DNA of 64,000 bases from Candidatus Bathyarchaeum tardum (GTDB taxonomy: Archaea; Thermoproteota; Bathyarchaeia; Bathyarchaeales; Bathyarchaeaceae), in contig CP122380.1 in NCBI GenBank assembly GCA_024650005.2, positions 2,016,001 through 2,080,000 on the forward strand. The letters run 5' to 3'. A program made the position numbers and the translations under genes. Below the pieces are notes generated by a model. That model saw only the letters and a list, made by a program, of their open reading frames with translations, ran no database searches and was not told where the DNA came from. Below, one piece after another: positions 19,957 to 29,207 of this stretch (positions are counted from its first letter, which is position 1; every line of letters starts with the position of its first letter).

Positions 19957-19997
19957 CTAATACCAATGCAATTTTGAAAACAACCTTTTTTCTGAAA
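19957..19997 (+). repeat. Dispersed intergenic repeat copy
   Basis: CTAATACCAATGCAATTTTGAAAACAACCTTTTTTCTGAAA, ~35/41 identical to the reverse complement of 33516-33555. Confidence 0.75.
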
Positions 19998-20010
19998 AAC
20001 AAAAGAGTTA

Positions 20011-20049
20011 GGAGGCGACTCAAACAGGTTAGGGTTTGAATCGCGTTCC
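20011..20049 (-). terminator. Stem-loop downstream of the ABC permease
   Basis: Minus-strand GCGAUUCAAAC/GUUUGAGUCGC 11-bp stem followed by a U-rich tract. Confidence 0.55.
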
Positions 20050-20072
20050 CTTGCTGGTGACTTGATGGATGT

Positions 20073-21371
20073 TTATTCGTATCGTAGAGCGTCTACGGGT
20101 TTGAGTTTGGAGGCTCGCCATGCAGGGTAGATTGCAAAAATTACGCTAACTGCGATGCCAAAACCGAAAGCTCCCAGGAGTACTGTTGGCGTTAACAATG
20201 GAGTTATTGCAAATCCAGTTGATGCTGCAGCTTGTCCAGTTGCTGCCGCGATGCCTCCGCCAGTGAATATTTGAGCTGCAGCGACTGCCAAAAGCCAACC
20301 CAGAACAATGCCAAACACTGCACCTAATACCCCAATGAATACTGCTTCACTTAGGAATATTGCAAGAACAGTTCTGCTTTTCATTCCAAGGGCTTTTAGT
20401 ATGCCAATTTCTCTGGTGCGCTCCATTAAAGAGACTATCATGATATTCATTATCCCAACCCCAGCAACCAATAATGAAATTGCGGCGATTCCTGCCAAAA
20501 ACAACTCCACGGTGGAAAATACGCTGGAAATTATGCCAAGTATTGCAGTTGAAGACGAAACAGAGACTTGGCCATCAAACAATTCCTCGATGGCATCTGA
20601 AACAGACTCAATTGTTTCATCGTCGTCACTGGTTAACTGCACAATTATTCGGTCACATTCATCGGTTCCAAACAAGCTTTGAGCATCTTCAAGAGATAAG
20701 TAAACTGAATTATCTGAAGGTCCAGTAAGGCTAAAACCACCAATTTCTTCCAGAACTGCAGCAACAGTAACTTCAACTGTTTGGTTCATAGGAGGACGAA
20801 CAGTAGTATTAGTCCAAACAATTTCGATAACATCACCAACAGTGCAGACCAATGTTCCATTGCCCCAAGGATCGCTCACACGTTTTCCTACAACCACACT
20901 GTTGGCTTCGGGAGTTGCCAAGATTTCTCCAGTTTCAGCTACGAAGGTACTACTGTAAATCTGTGAATATTCAGCAAAATCTACTCCCACCACATATGCA
21001 ACTACTGTTTGGTCGGTTGCTTTTATGTAACTGACTTCTTGAATAATAGCAGCAGAAGTGGCAACACCATCGATGGCATTAATTAAATCAACATCGGACA
21101 CAAGCAAACTGAAATCTGAACCAGATCCACCACCTATGCCACCACCAAAACCTGAAAAGCCGCCTCCACCCCCTGGAGAAACAACCAAGGTGTCTGTAGC
21201 AAAACCTGACTGCAACTGATCAGTTATGGTAACCTGCAAACCCTGACTGATAGAAAGCAAAGCAACAATAGCAGCAATACCAATAACAACACCCAACGTG
21301 GTTAAACCTGCACGCAACTTTCTCAGGCGTATTGCACCAAAAGCATAACCAAAAATGTCTCCAGATTTCAT
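20073..21371 (-). CDS. ABC transporter permease, MacB/FtsX type
   Basis: LR..LTTLGVVIGIA, GVGIMNIM..S..ERTREIGILKALG, YPAWRASKLKPVDALRYE. Confidence 0.95.
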   Translation of the reverse strand: MKSGDIFGYAFGAIRLRKLRAGLTTLGVVIGIAAIVALLSISQGLQVTITDQLQSGFATDTLVVSPGGGGGFSGFGGGIGGGSGSDFSLLVSDVDLINAIDGVATSAAIIQEVSYIKATDQTVVAYVVGVDFAEYSQIYSSTFVAETGEILATPEANSVVVGKRVSDPWGNGTLVCTVGDVIEIVWTNTTVRPPMNQTVEVTVAAVLEEIGGFSLTGPSDNSVYLSLEDAQSLFGTDECDRIIVQLTSDDDETIESVSDAIEELFDGQVSVSSSTAILGIISSVFSTVELFLAGIAAISLLVAGVGIMNIMIVSLMERTREIGILKALGMKSRTVLAIFLSEAVFIGVLGAVFGIVLGWLLAVAAAQIFTGGGIAAATGQAAASTGFAITPLLTPTVLLGAFGFGIAVSVIFAIYPAWRASKLKPVDALRYE

Positions 21372-22057
21372 TATTGTTCAACCTCCTCGATTACTGTTCC
21401 ATCAAGCATCCTCACGATCTTTTTTGCCTGAGACGCCAACTGCTGATCATGGGTAATCATAACAATTGTAACACCCTTTTCTGTGTTCAACTGTTTTACC
21501 AAATCTATAATTTCACTTGCAGTTTTGGAATCAATGTTTCCAGTGGGTTCATCCATTAACAAAAAGCTAGGATTATTCGCCAAGGCCCGCGCAATGGCAA
21601 CCCGTTGACGTTGACCTCCACTGAGCTCAGCAGGTTTATGATTAACCCGGTCTTTCAAACCAACGGTTTCCAAAAGCTCTTCAGCTCGTTTGCGTTTTTC
21701 CTTTTTAGTTAAACCTGCAATGGACAAAGGCAACTCAACGTTTCCTAGGGCAGTTAACCGTGGAATCAAATTAAAAAATTGAAAAACAAAACCAACACTG
21801 TGACGCATGTCAGCTAACTTGTTATCATTTAATGTAGAAATGTCGACACCATCAATCAGGACTTTTCCTTCTGTAGGCGTGTCTAACGCTCCAATCATAT
21901 TCAACAATGTGGATTTACCGCTTCCTGAAGGTCCCAAAATTGCAATAAAATCGCCTTTTTCGACCTTAAGGTTCACTCCACTTAGGGCGTTCACTGGAAC
22001 TTTTCCAAGAACGTATGTTTTTCGCAGATTTACTGTTTCAACAATAGGTACAACCAA
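21371..22057 (-). CDS. ABC transporter ATP-binding protein (LolD/MacB type)
   Basis: GPSGSGKST, LSGGQRQR, DEPTGN. Confidence 0.96.
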   Translation of the reverse strand: MVVPIVETVNLRKTYVLGKVPVNALSGVNLKVEKGDFIAILGPSGSGKSTLLNMIGALDTPTEGKVLIDGVDISTLNDNKLADMRHSVGFVFQFFNLIPRLTALGNVELPLSIAGLTKKEKRKRAEELLETVGLKDRVNHKPAELSGGQRQRVAIARALANNPSFLLMDEPTGNIDSKTASEIIDLVKQLNTEKGVTIVMITHDQQLASQAKKIVRMLDGTVIEEVEQ

Positions 22058-22059
22058 AA

Positions 22060-22803
22060 TTATTCATCTCCTTTCAATTTTTCAGTCAATTTTTCGATTT
22101 TGCATGAAACCTCATTTAAGACCAGCCTAGCCTCAGTTAATGTTTCTTCGGTTAGATTTTCCATCAAAGTAGAACGCAACTCAAACAATGCATCAAAAAA
22201 CCGCCTTATAGGCTCCTGAAGGTCTTGCAACCCATCAACATGTAGACCCATTCTCAAAAAAAATAATGGCCCCATGGGTGCCATCTTTTGCTGCAATTTA
22301 TCTTTGAAATCTGAATGTTCTTCAAAAAATTGGTTGCCTTTTTCAGTTAGTACATAGCGTTTAACTCCAGTTGATTCACGAGGCAACTCTTGAGCATAAC
22401 CAGTTTCACGAAGCCAAGTCAAAAGAGGATAAATTGACCCAGGACTAGGTTTCCATTGGCCACCAGTTTGCTTTTCAACTTCATCCATTATCTCTGAACC
22501 CGACATGGGTTTTTCTTTCAACAACTTAAACACGTAAACCCGCAAAAGCCCTTTAGGAACACTTGCAGTATGTTTCAATAACCGAGCAAAAGGACGAGAA
22601 GAAAGCTGTTCTTCAATTTTCAGTAATTTTTCCTCTGAAAGATAATATTTGTCGTCGACTTTTACAAAAACACCAAACAGCCGCGGAGAATGATTTATGA
22701 ATTGCCTAAACTTAACTGAAAGTTCTAAATCATCTAGACTCATTGCTTTCTGAGGGCTTGTAGCTCCCTTCTTGCGAAATTTTTCGATTTCCATATCCAA
22801 CAT
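22060..22803 (-). CDS. PadR family regulator with extra N-terminal domain
   Basis: PMSGSEIM...WKPSPGSIYPLL..L...G....Y.LTEKG; ~75-aa N-terminal extension. Confidence 0.88.
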   Translation of the reverse strand: MLDMEIEKFRKKGATSPQKAMSLDDLELSVKFRQFINHSPRLFGVFVKVDDKYYLSEEKLLKIEEQLSSRPFARLLKHTASVPKGLLRVYVFKLLKEKPMSGSEIMDEVEKQTGGQWKPSPGSIYPLLTWLRETGYAQELPRESTGVKRYVLTEKGNQFFEEHSDFKDKLQQKMAPMGPLFFLRMGLHVDGLQDLQEPIRRFFDALFELRSTLMENLTEETLTEARLVLNEVSCKIEKLTEKLKGDE

Positions 22804-22831
22804 TTTTTTCAGTTCCAAGGGAGCAATCATA

Positions 22832-22871
22832 ATATCACATGCGATATCACATCTGATATCAACCGTGATAT
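22832..22871. promoter_or_regulatory. Tandem ATATCA(CAT) repeats, candidate PadR operator
   Basis: ATATCA at 22832, 22844 and 22856 (12-bp period) plus an inverted TGATAT, just upstream of the PadR-ABC operon. Confidence 0.5.
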
Positions 22872-22978
22872 AAAAACATTGCATTTGAGAAAACAAAAAT
22901 ACAATAAAAAAGCTGATTCAAAAACAAATTAAAGAAAAAACAAAAAGGAGACTGATTGTTTGGAGATAACCCGAATTA

Positions 22979-23314
22979 TTACGCTGACTTGTTTCCGGCT
23001 ATCAAGTTTTGTACAAGACCATTAATTTCTCCGTGTGCACGACCTACGGTTTCCAAAGTTTTTTTGCCTTTGTCAGTTAGAGTATAAACCCGTTTGCGGC
23101 TGTCCAAATCAGCAGCAACCAAACCATCCCGCTCCAAAGAATATAATAATGAATAGACTGTGCCGGAACTTACCAACACATTGAATCTTTTGTGAATTAG
23201 ACCAATGATGTCGTATCCACTCAAAGGCTTTTCTTGCAATTCACCTAAGATTAGCATGTCCATGAAAGTTTTTATTGTTCTTCTTCGCAGTTTCTCCACA
23301 ATTTTTGACGGCAT
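22979..23314 (-). CDS. PadR family regulator
   Basis: PLSGYDII...VSSGTVYSLLYSLERDGLV....RVYTLTDKG. Confidence 0.9.
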   Translation of the reverse strand: MPSKIVEKLRRRTIKTFMDMLILGELQEKPLSGYDIIGLIHKRFNVLVSSGTVYSLLYSLERDGLVAADLDSRKRVYTLTDKGKKTLETVGRAHGEINGLVQNLIAGNKSA

Positions 23315-23485
23315 CAAATCAGACTCCAAATTAGAATAAGATGGTGTACGGTTTTCATATTTAATATTTATAGTTGATTCGAATTCGGAATCCAAATAAA
23401 AACAAAAGGTCTATGTACTAAAACAACATAAATATTAATTAAGCAATAAAGCAGCTTGCTTTGGGCTTAAAAAGGTGAATTAATT

Positions 23486-23842
23486 ATGGATGCTTTTGAC
23501 AATCTATTAGGTGAGGCATTGGACGACACGCTCAAGATAGTTCTTGGAAACAGTGTCTCAGATTTAATTCACAAATTGACAGAAAAACACCTATCAACAA
23601 AAATAACAGAAAAACAAAACACAATAGAAACGAAAATCAATTACCTCGAAAAATTGATAGGAAAAGAAGGAACCCAAGTAATACAAACAGCAACCATGAA
23701 ACGGCTCTGCCTTAAACTTAAAAATGAATACCAAGAGGTCGAAGAACACTTCTTGATTCTTGACGAATTATATGAAATGAAGCTAAAAATGCTTTTTCAG
23801 CTGCAGAATCAAAAAACCAAGGGCTCAGAAAACCCCAACTAA
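23486..23842 (+). CDS. Hypothetical protein (DUF3227-like helical)
   Basis: LLGEALDDTLKIVLG...LEKLIG.EG..VI pattern; AGGTGA SD. Confidence 0.6.
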   Translation: MDAFDNLLGEALDDTLKIVLGNSVSDLIHKLTEKHLSTKITEKQNTIETKINYLEKLIGKEGTQVIQTATMKRLCLKLKNEYQEVEEHFLILDELYEMKLKMLFQLQNQKTKGSENPN

Positions 23843-24197
23843 TTTCTGAAATGTCCCAGAAACACCTCCAACATAAATGGTACATATAAAACTTGAACCC
23901 ACGTTAACGGAGGGCTCAAGATTCAATTTGAGCAACCAAAAACAAATTCAAAGATTATTAACCTACCAAAAGCAGCATAGAAACAAACATGATTTGATTA
24001 CTAAAGGGAGCACTCGCCCATGAGTTAGCACCGAAAGTGTTAAGATTGTTTCGCCGCATGTTGTTAAATGTCAAATGGGGAAAGTGGTGCAAAAATAACA
24101 GAATTTTGTATAAAAAAGACCGAAACATTCAGATGTGCATTCCTCAAATTTATATATAACAATCAAAAAAAGGAACTGGGTTGGAGAAGGAAGCTTC

Positions 24198-24872
24198 GTG
24201 ATTTCTGATGTCTTGCCATACGCAATTGCTGTAGGAGCGATTATAGTAGCTCTGATAACAATTTACATAACTAGAAACAAAAAAGACGAGACCAGCCAAG
24301 AAACAAAAGAAGTTCTTCTTGAAAGAGATGAAATACTACCCCTTAAAGGACAACGGACAGTTACTCCCTTTGATGCCCAGAAATCCAAGAAAGAACTCCG
24401 ATTACTCGACGTGGAAAGAGAAATTCTTAGTTTTGGAATCCGTCGAATTTATGAAGCTCATGCTGAAGGCAAAATAGACGAAAAAGAACGAGATAGACTA
24501 GCCCGCAACTACAAACAACAAATGCGGGAAATTAAAGATTCCATAACCGAAAAAGAGTCAGTCGTAGCCCTCCATGAGTTAGAGTCAATGCAAGAAGATT
24601 TAATCAAACTGTTTAACGACCGCTTCGATGAAATAAACCAAAAAATTGGTGGCTTAAGGTCCAATTTGCAAATAATTCCAAAGCCTGTTGAACCTAAACC
24701 TGAACGTTCTACCTCAGCGGAAAAAACTGTTGATGGCACTGATAAGACTCCGAAAAAGAAGAAAGAGCCCTCAAAACCACGCAAAACAGAAGCTGAAGAA
24801 AAAATTGACAAAATTAGGTCAGAAGTAGAAAAGGTTCTTGAGCGGCTTGGGCAAATGGAAACTGAGGCATAA
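24198..24872 (+). CDS. Membrane-anchored coiled-coil hypothetical protein
   Basis: N-terminal TM, charged coiled coil. Confidence 0.75.
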   Translation: MISDVLPYAIAVGAIIVALITIYITRNKKDETSQETKEVLLERDEILPLKGQRTVTPFDAQKSKKELRLLDVEREILSFGIRRIYEAHAEGKIDEKERDRLARNYKQQMREIKDSITEKESVVALHELESMQEDLIKLFNDRFDEINQKIGGLRSNLQIIPKPVEPKPERSTSAEKTVDGTDKTPKKKKEPSKPRKTEAEEKIDKIRSEVEKVLERLGQMETEA

Positions 24873-24874
24873 CA

Positions 24875-25561
24875 TTGAGTTGGAAAGAAGACGCAAAAAA
24901 ACGGGTAGCCATGGAAGCAGTCAATCATGTAAAAGATCGCTTTGTAGTTGGACTAGGCAGCGGAAGTACAGCTGCGTATATGATTAAAGAAATCGGTAGA
25001 CGAGTTTCCGAAAACAGTTTACATGTTCTTGCAGTTCCAAGTTCCAGTCAAGCAATGTTGTTAGCTGCAAGTTCAGGAGTTCCAGTAACAACATTGGACG
25101 AGCATCCTGTTCTTGATTTGGTCATAGATGGAGCCGACGAAATTGACCCCAATTTTGACATGATTAAAGGCGGTGGAGGAGCATTATTGCGTGAAAAGAT
25201 TGTTGCTTCGTCTGCTAAACAAGTTGTTATCGTCGCTGATGAAACTAAACTTGTGGAGAAACTGGGCAAATTCAAAGTCCCAGTTGAAGTGTTGCCTTTC
25301 GGCTTAGCAAAAGTTACTGCAGGGATAAAAGAGCTTGGCGGAATTCCCATCGTGAGAGAGGGACAACGAAAAATGGGTCCAGTGGTTACAGATAACGGCA
25401 ATTATATTGTTGATGCCGATTTTGGCCTCATTGACAATGCTAAAAAATTAGATAAACAGTTAAAGATGATTCCAGGAGTTTTAGAAACTGGGCTTTTCAT
25501 TGGATTGGCACACATTGTGTACTTGGGTAAAAAAGATGGAATTACAAAATTGAAAAAATAA
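24875..25561 (+). CDS. rpiA: Ribose-5-phosphate isomerase A
   Basis: GLGSGST, DGADE, KGGGGALLREK, TDNGN. Confidence 0.97.
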   Translation: MSWKEDAKKRVAMEAVNHVKDRFVVGLGSGSTAAYMIKEIGRRVSENSLHVLAVPSSSQAMLLAASSGVPVTTLDEHPVLDLVIDGADEIDPNFDMIKGGGGALLREKIVASSAKQVVIVADETKLVEKLGKFKVPVEVLPFGLAKVTAGIKELGGIPIVREGQRKMGPVVTDNGNYIVDADFGLIDNAKKLDKQLKMIPGVLETGLFIGLAHIVYLGKKDGITKLKK

Positions 25562-25613
25562 TTCCACAAAAACTTAGCTAAAACCATAAAAAGAAAGAAG
25601 ATTTAGCAAGGTC

Positions 25614-25982
25614 TTACCAGTTCCATCTGTGGCATCTACCAAAGCCGCCATTGCCACCATATCTTCCGTAATAGTCTTGGTCTTCCCAACGTTCTTCCAT
25701 GTATTGTTTCATTTCTTGGAACCATTTTTCGTCTTCGGCGCCTTCCCATCTTCGTTGTTCCATGTGCTCTCTCATTTCATTCCACCATTCATCTTCTGCG
25801 TTATCATCCCAGCGCTGTTCCATATATTGGCGCATTTCTTGCCACCATTCTTCGTTTTGGTAATGTTCTACGTCTGCTGCATTATAGTAGTAGCCACCGG
25901 GATGCGCTAGAACATAACTAATGGGAATTGCAATTACCAGAGCTACCAAACCCAAAATCAATACAAACTTTTTTCCATTCAT
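25614..25982 (-). CDS. Secreted/membrane-anchored protein with Trp/Met-rich tandem repeats
   Basis: Signal/TM then three ~20-aa repeats of W(W/F)xEMxx(Y/H)MExRW; GGAGGTGA SD. Confidence 0.8.
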   Translation of the reverse strand: MNGKKFVLILGLVALVIAIPISYVLAHPGGYYYNAADVEHYQNEEWWQEMRQYMEQRWDDNAEDEWWNEMREHMEQRRWEGAEDEKWFQEMKQYMEERWEDQDYYGRYGGNGGFGRCHRWNW

Positions 25983-26070
25983 TTCACGTTTCACCTCCAC
26001 AACTTGCTTAAAAAATACTAGGGAGGGAAAACCATTAAGAATTGTCCATGCAACCGTTCCCAACCGTCTT

Positions 26071-26586
26071 TTATTGGTTAGAATGGTTTTCAGTAAGGAA
26101 AACTTTGTAAGTTTTGCCAAAACGTTCTCGCTGTATAAGGTTCAGTTTGTCCAAATTTGTTAGAATGCGGGAAAGTTTGGCTTTGCTCCATTCTAACCTG
26201 AACCGCAAGGAGTCTTGAGTAATTTCTCCAGCTCGTCGAATCTCGTCAAGAACTTGTTTTTCATCATCAGACAGCGCTCGCTTGATTATTTCTAATTCAT
26301 CAATTCTGCTGGAGGACTGAACAGATTCTATTGGTTGGGTTTTCATTGTGGGTTTGAGCCAAAAAGTAATCAGCACCCCTGCAACTAAGGCAATTGCAAG
26401 AGAAAGAAGAATCGGAACAGTATAGTCCGTGTTGTTACCCATGTGGTCCATCATACCTCTGCCAAATGTGGATTGATCTACAAGAAATTCAGACGAAACT
26501 AAAAAAAGCACAATAAACGATAACACAATTACCAGAATAATCAAAATGATCTTGGTTGCAAGGTCTAAATTTTTAAGATTACTCAT
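26071..26586 (-). CDS. Membrane-bound wHTH (MarR-like) regulator
   Basis: 2 TM with a GMMDHM loop, then GEITQDSL...SKAKLSRIL..L...LIQRE. Confidence 0.85.
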   Translation of the reverse strand: MSNLKNLDLATKIILIILVIVLSFIVLFLVSSEFLVDQSTFGRGMMDHMGNNTDYTVPILLSLAIALVAGVLITFWLKPTMKTQPIESVQSSSRIDELEIIKRALSDDEKQVLDEIRRAGEITQDSLRFRLEWSKAKLSRILTNLDKLNLIQRERFGKTYKVFLTENHSNQ

Positions 26587-26674
26587 AATTTAACCTTCAG
26601 TGCTGCTCCGAATTTTTTTGCAAAGAACTGCTACTATCCATGTTATCGTTTACTATACTTAAAAATATATGATT

Positions 26675-27568
26675 TCATACGGTAACCATCCAAGTGCCCA
26701 CAAACATTAAGGCAATGGCAAAAATTTTCAGTGCTAATACATTTCTGCTTATGTCTTCCTTGAGAATTGTTGGCATAAACAAACTCAGCAATACCATGTA
26801 AATGAAAACAAAAAATTGCTGTAATCCAGCTATAGCAGAAACTAATGAAATATACCCTAAAGACGAAGATATCAACAAAAAAATTGTTCCAAGGATATAA
26901 CTGCCTTCACCAGCTAGGGTTGTAATAAACGTTCGTGCCCCAAGGTGAGAAACAGATTCAAAAAAAGCTTTTCGGGGCTTAGAAAACAACAACAAAAACA
27001 ATACTCCAACCCACGAGCCAATCATCATCCAGAAAAAAACAGACCAGAAATCAAAATATCCTAAAAGTACCTTGTTCAAAACACTGTACACCGCAATAAT
27101 CGCAGTAAAAGGAATCATCAACTTAAAGGCAGAAGACAAAGAATGTTCATTTTCAGATTTTTTATATGAAATTAGTATCGAAGTTAAGATAATCAAACCA
27201 ATTCCGACGTATTGTTGAGTACTCAAAATTTCACCCAAAAACAGCACAGACATTAAAGCAACAAAAAGGGGAATAAACTGAAACAAAGGCGCAAGGCGAG
27301 ATGCCTCCTCGACCATTAAAGCTTTGCTGTAAAACCAAAACCCTATCACGGGCAGTATCCCAGTAAACATTGCAAAAAACGCATATGGAAAACTGAAACT
27401 AACCGGAAAGAAAACATATACAGCACCAGCAAAAATCAAGTCTACAAAGTTTAGGTATATTATCATTGAAAAGTAGCCCCTGAACTTTTTTGTTACCAAA
27501 AACTTGTTAATGACAATGTTCATGGCCATAAACGCGGGAGCCAACAAAGCAAACAGCAGCCAATCCAA
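26675..27568 (-). CDS. EamA/DMT family transporter
   Basis: About 10 TM; EEASR.APL, FLGE, LKE motifs. Confidence 0.88.
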   Translation of the reverse strand: MDWLLFALLAPAFMAMNIVINKFLVTKKFRGYFSMIIYLNFVDLIFAGAVYVFFPVSFSFPYAFFAMFTGILPVIGFWFYSKALMVEEASRLAPLFQFIPLFVALMSVLFLGEILSTQQYVGIGLIILTSILISYKKSENEHSLSSAFKLMIPFTAIIAVYSVLNKVLLGYFDFWSVFFWMMIGSWVGVLFLLLFSKPRKAFFESVSHLGARTFITTLAGEGSYILGTIFLLISSSLGYISLVSAIAGLQQFFVFIYMVLLSLFMPTILKEDISRNVLALKIFAIALMFVGTWMVTV

Positions 27569-27908
27569 TGATTACACCTAACTAGAACAGGTAACCAACA
27601 TAGGGGTTGATAACTGTTCGCAAAATCCACCCAAGACAGATATCACTTTGATGAATTACGTATTAGCACCATCAACTAACGACCTTTTCCAGATGGATAC
27701 AGCCTATTAACTCAGTTTTATAGCCAAACGAAGACACAACATTAAACCATTTAACGACTTAGTTTACAAAACAAGCCCAAAAATCAATAAACCAAAGACA
27801 GCCTCTGAAATTTCAGGAACATACAAAGGTATGAAATAAATTCAACAACTGAAATCAGTGACCAATTAAAAAAGAAAACTCCAAAAAAACAGAGACAAAA
27901 AATGGGAG

Positions 27909-28973
27909 TCATTTTGCCATACGTATCCAAGCAGATATTTGTTCAATTGTTGGAGCTTCATCTTTAGAAAGCTTTTGTTGAGCAATGTAAATTTTAGCGA
28001 TGTCATTGATTTTTCGGCTAAGCTGAATTAAGTCTTGATCTGCGAGTTGTTTTCGTGATTTTACGTCACTTTCTATTAACAACTCAGCGTCAATTGGATC
28101 TACACCAGGAACCATCATCAACTGAGCAGTCGCCTGAAGATTCTCAGCCATTTCATGAGAAACACGAGTTTTCTCGCCAATCACCACGGGGTCTGTTGTA
28201 AGAAACTCACCAACAGAATTTATTCCAAGCGCCCGCAACTCTTTACCAAGAGCTGGACCGATTCCTTTGATGTCTTCAGGATTATCAATGCTTCTGAGTT
28301 TAGCCTGATTAGGAACCATAGTTCCCTCAATCTGTTCAAGCCGACTTTTAATCTCTTCAAACTCTACACGTTGAGCCTTCAAAGAAGCAGCACTTTCTTC
28401 ACTTAACCGTTTAACCCCATTTAGAATCGCTTCTTGTTTTTTGAGATCAGCAGACATCTTTTCTCCAGTTTCAACAGCTTTGGTCTCTATTACAGAAACA
28501 ACATCATTACAAATCTTCTTGACAGCTTTGCCCTGGGACGCCAAAAGAGAAGCCATCTCTTTAGTGTTCTCTTGCAAATCCATGGTAACCTTACTAAAGA
28601 ACTGATGATTCACTTTTTTGTCATAATCCATGCGCTCAACTAATTCATTTGTTGAAGCTTCTTGGGCATTACGAAGGGCAGCCAAGTTCCCTCCAACTTT
28701 CAACAACAACTTGACGATTTCGGGGTCTGGAGGCTGCTTCATGTAAATTAGAATACAAGTTAATCCCAACAAAGCAAAAGTTACTGCTACAGATATCCAC
28801 AAATAAGTTTCTACACTTAGCGAACCAAAAATGCCTCCTACAAGGTACGGAACTACAGTTGTTCCAGTTCCTTCATTTATCAACAAAACAGCCATAGAAA
28901 ATGAAGACAATATCGCTAAAAAAGTCACGAAGGCAGATAGCCATACAATTATACCTCTCTTGGAAATCATCAA
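27909..28973 (-). CDS. Membrane-anchored coiled-coil protein with C-terminal helix-hairpin-helix (DUF4332-like) domain
   Basis: 2 TM, coiled coil, DIKGIGP and LMMVPGVDP..AELL HhH motifs. Confidence 0.8.
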   Translation of the reverse strand: MMISKRGIIVWLSAFVTFLAILSSFSMAVLLINEGTGTTVVPYLVGGIFGSLSVETYLWISVAVTFALLGLTCILIYMKQPPDPEIVKLLLKVGGNLAALRNAQEASTNELVERMDYDKKVNHQFFSKVTMDLQENTKEMASLLASQGKAVKKICNDVVSVIETKAVETGEKMSADLKKQEAILNGVKRLSEESAASLKAQRVEFEEIKSRLEQIEGTMVPNQAKLRSIDNPEDIKGIGPALGKELRALGINSVGEFLTTDPVVIGEKTRVSHEMAENLQATAQLMMVPGVDPIDAELLIESDVKSRKQLADQDLIQLSRKINDIAKIYIAQQKLSKDEAPTIEQISAWIRMAK

Positions 28974-29207
28974 CGTAACACCTTATTTTTGTAACATTAT
29001 TAACCAGGGGGAGACGCCTGTAGATTTCTGGAGGTTTTTCTTTGAAAGTATTATGAAGACATAATACATAGCAATAATCCAAATTAAACCTCAGTTACCA
29101 ACTTGTTTCACTGGCCAACAACAGTAACTAGTATATATTAAGATTTAATAAACATTTTCTTGTAACCAAAACAAAAAAAGGATAGAGCCTAAAAACCAAC
29201 AAAATAA

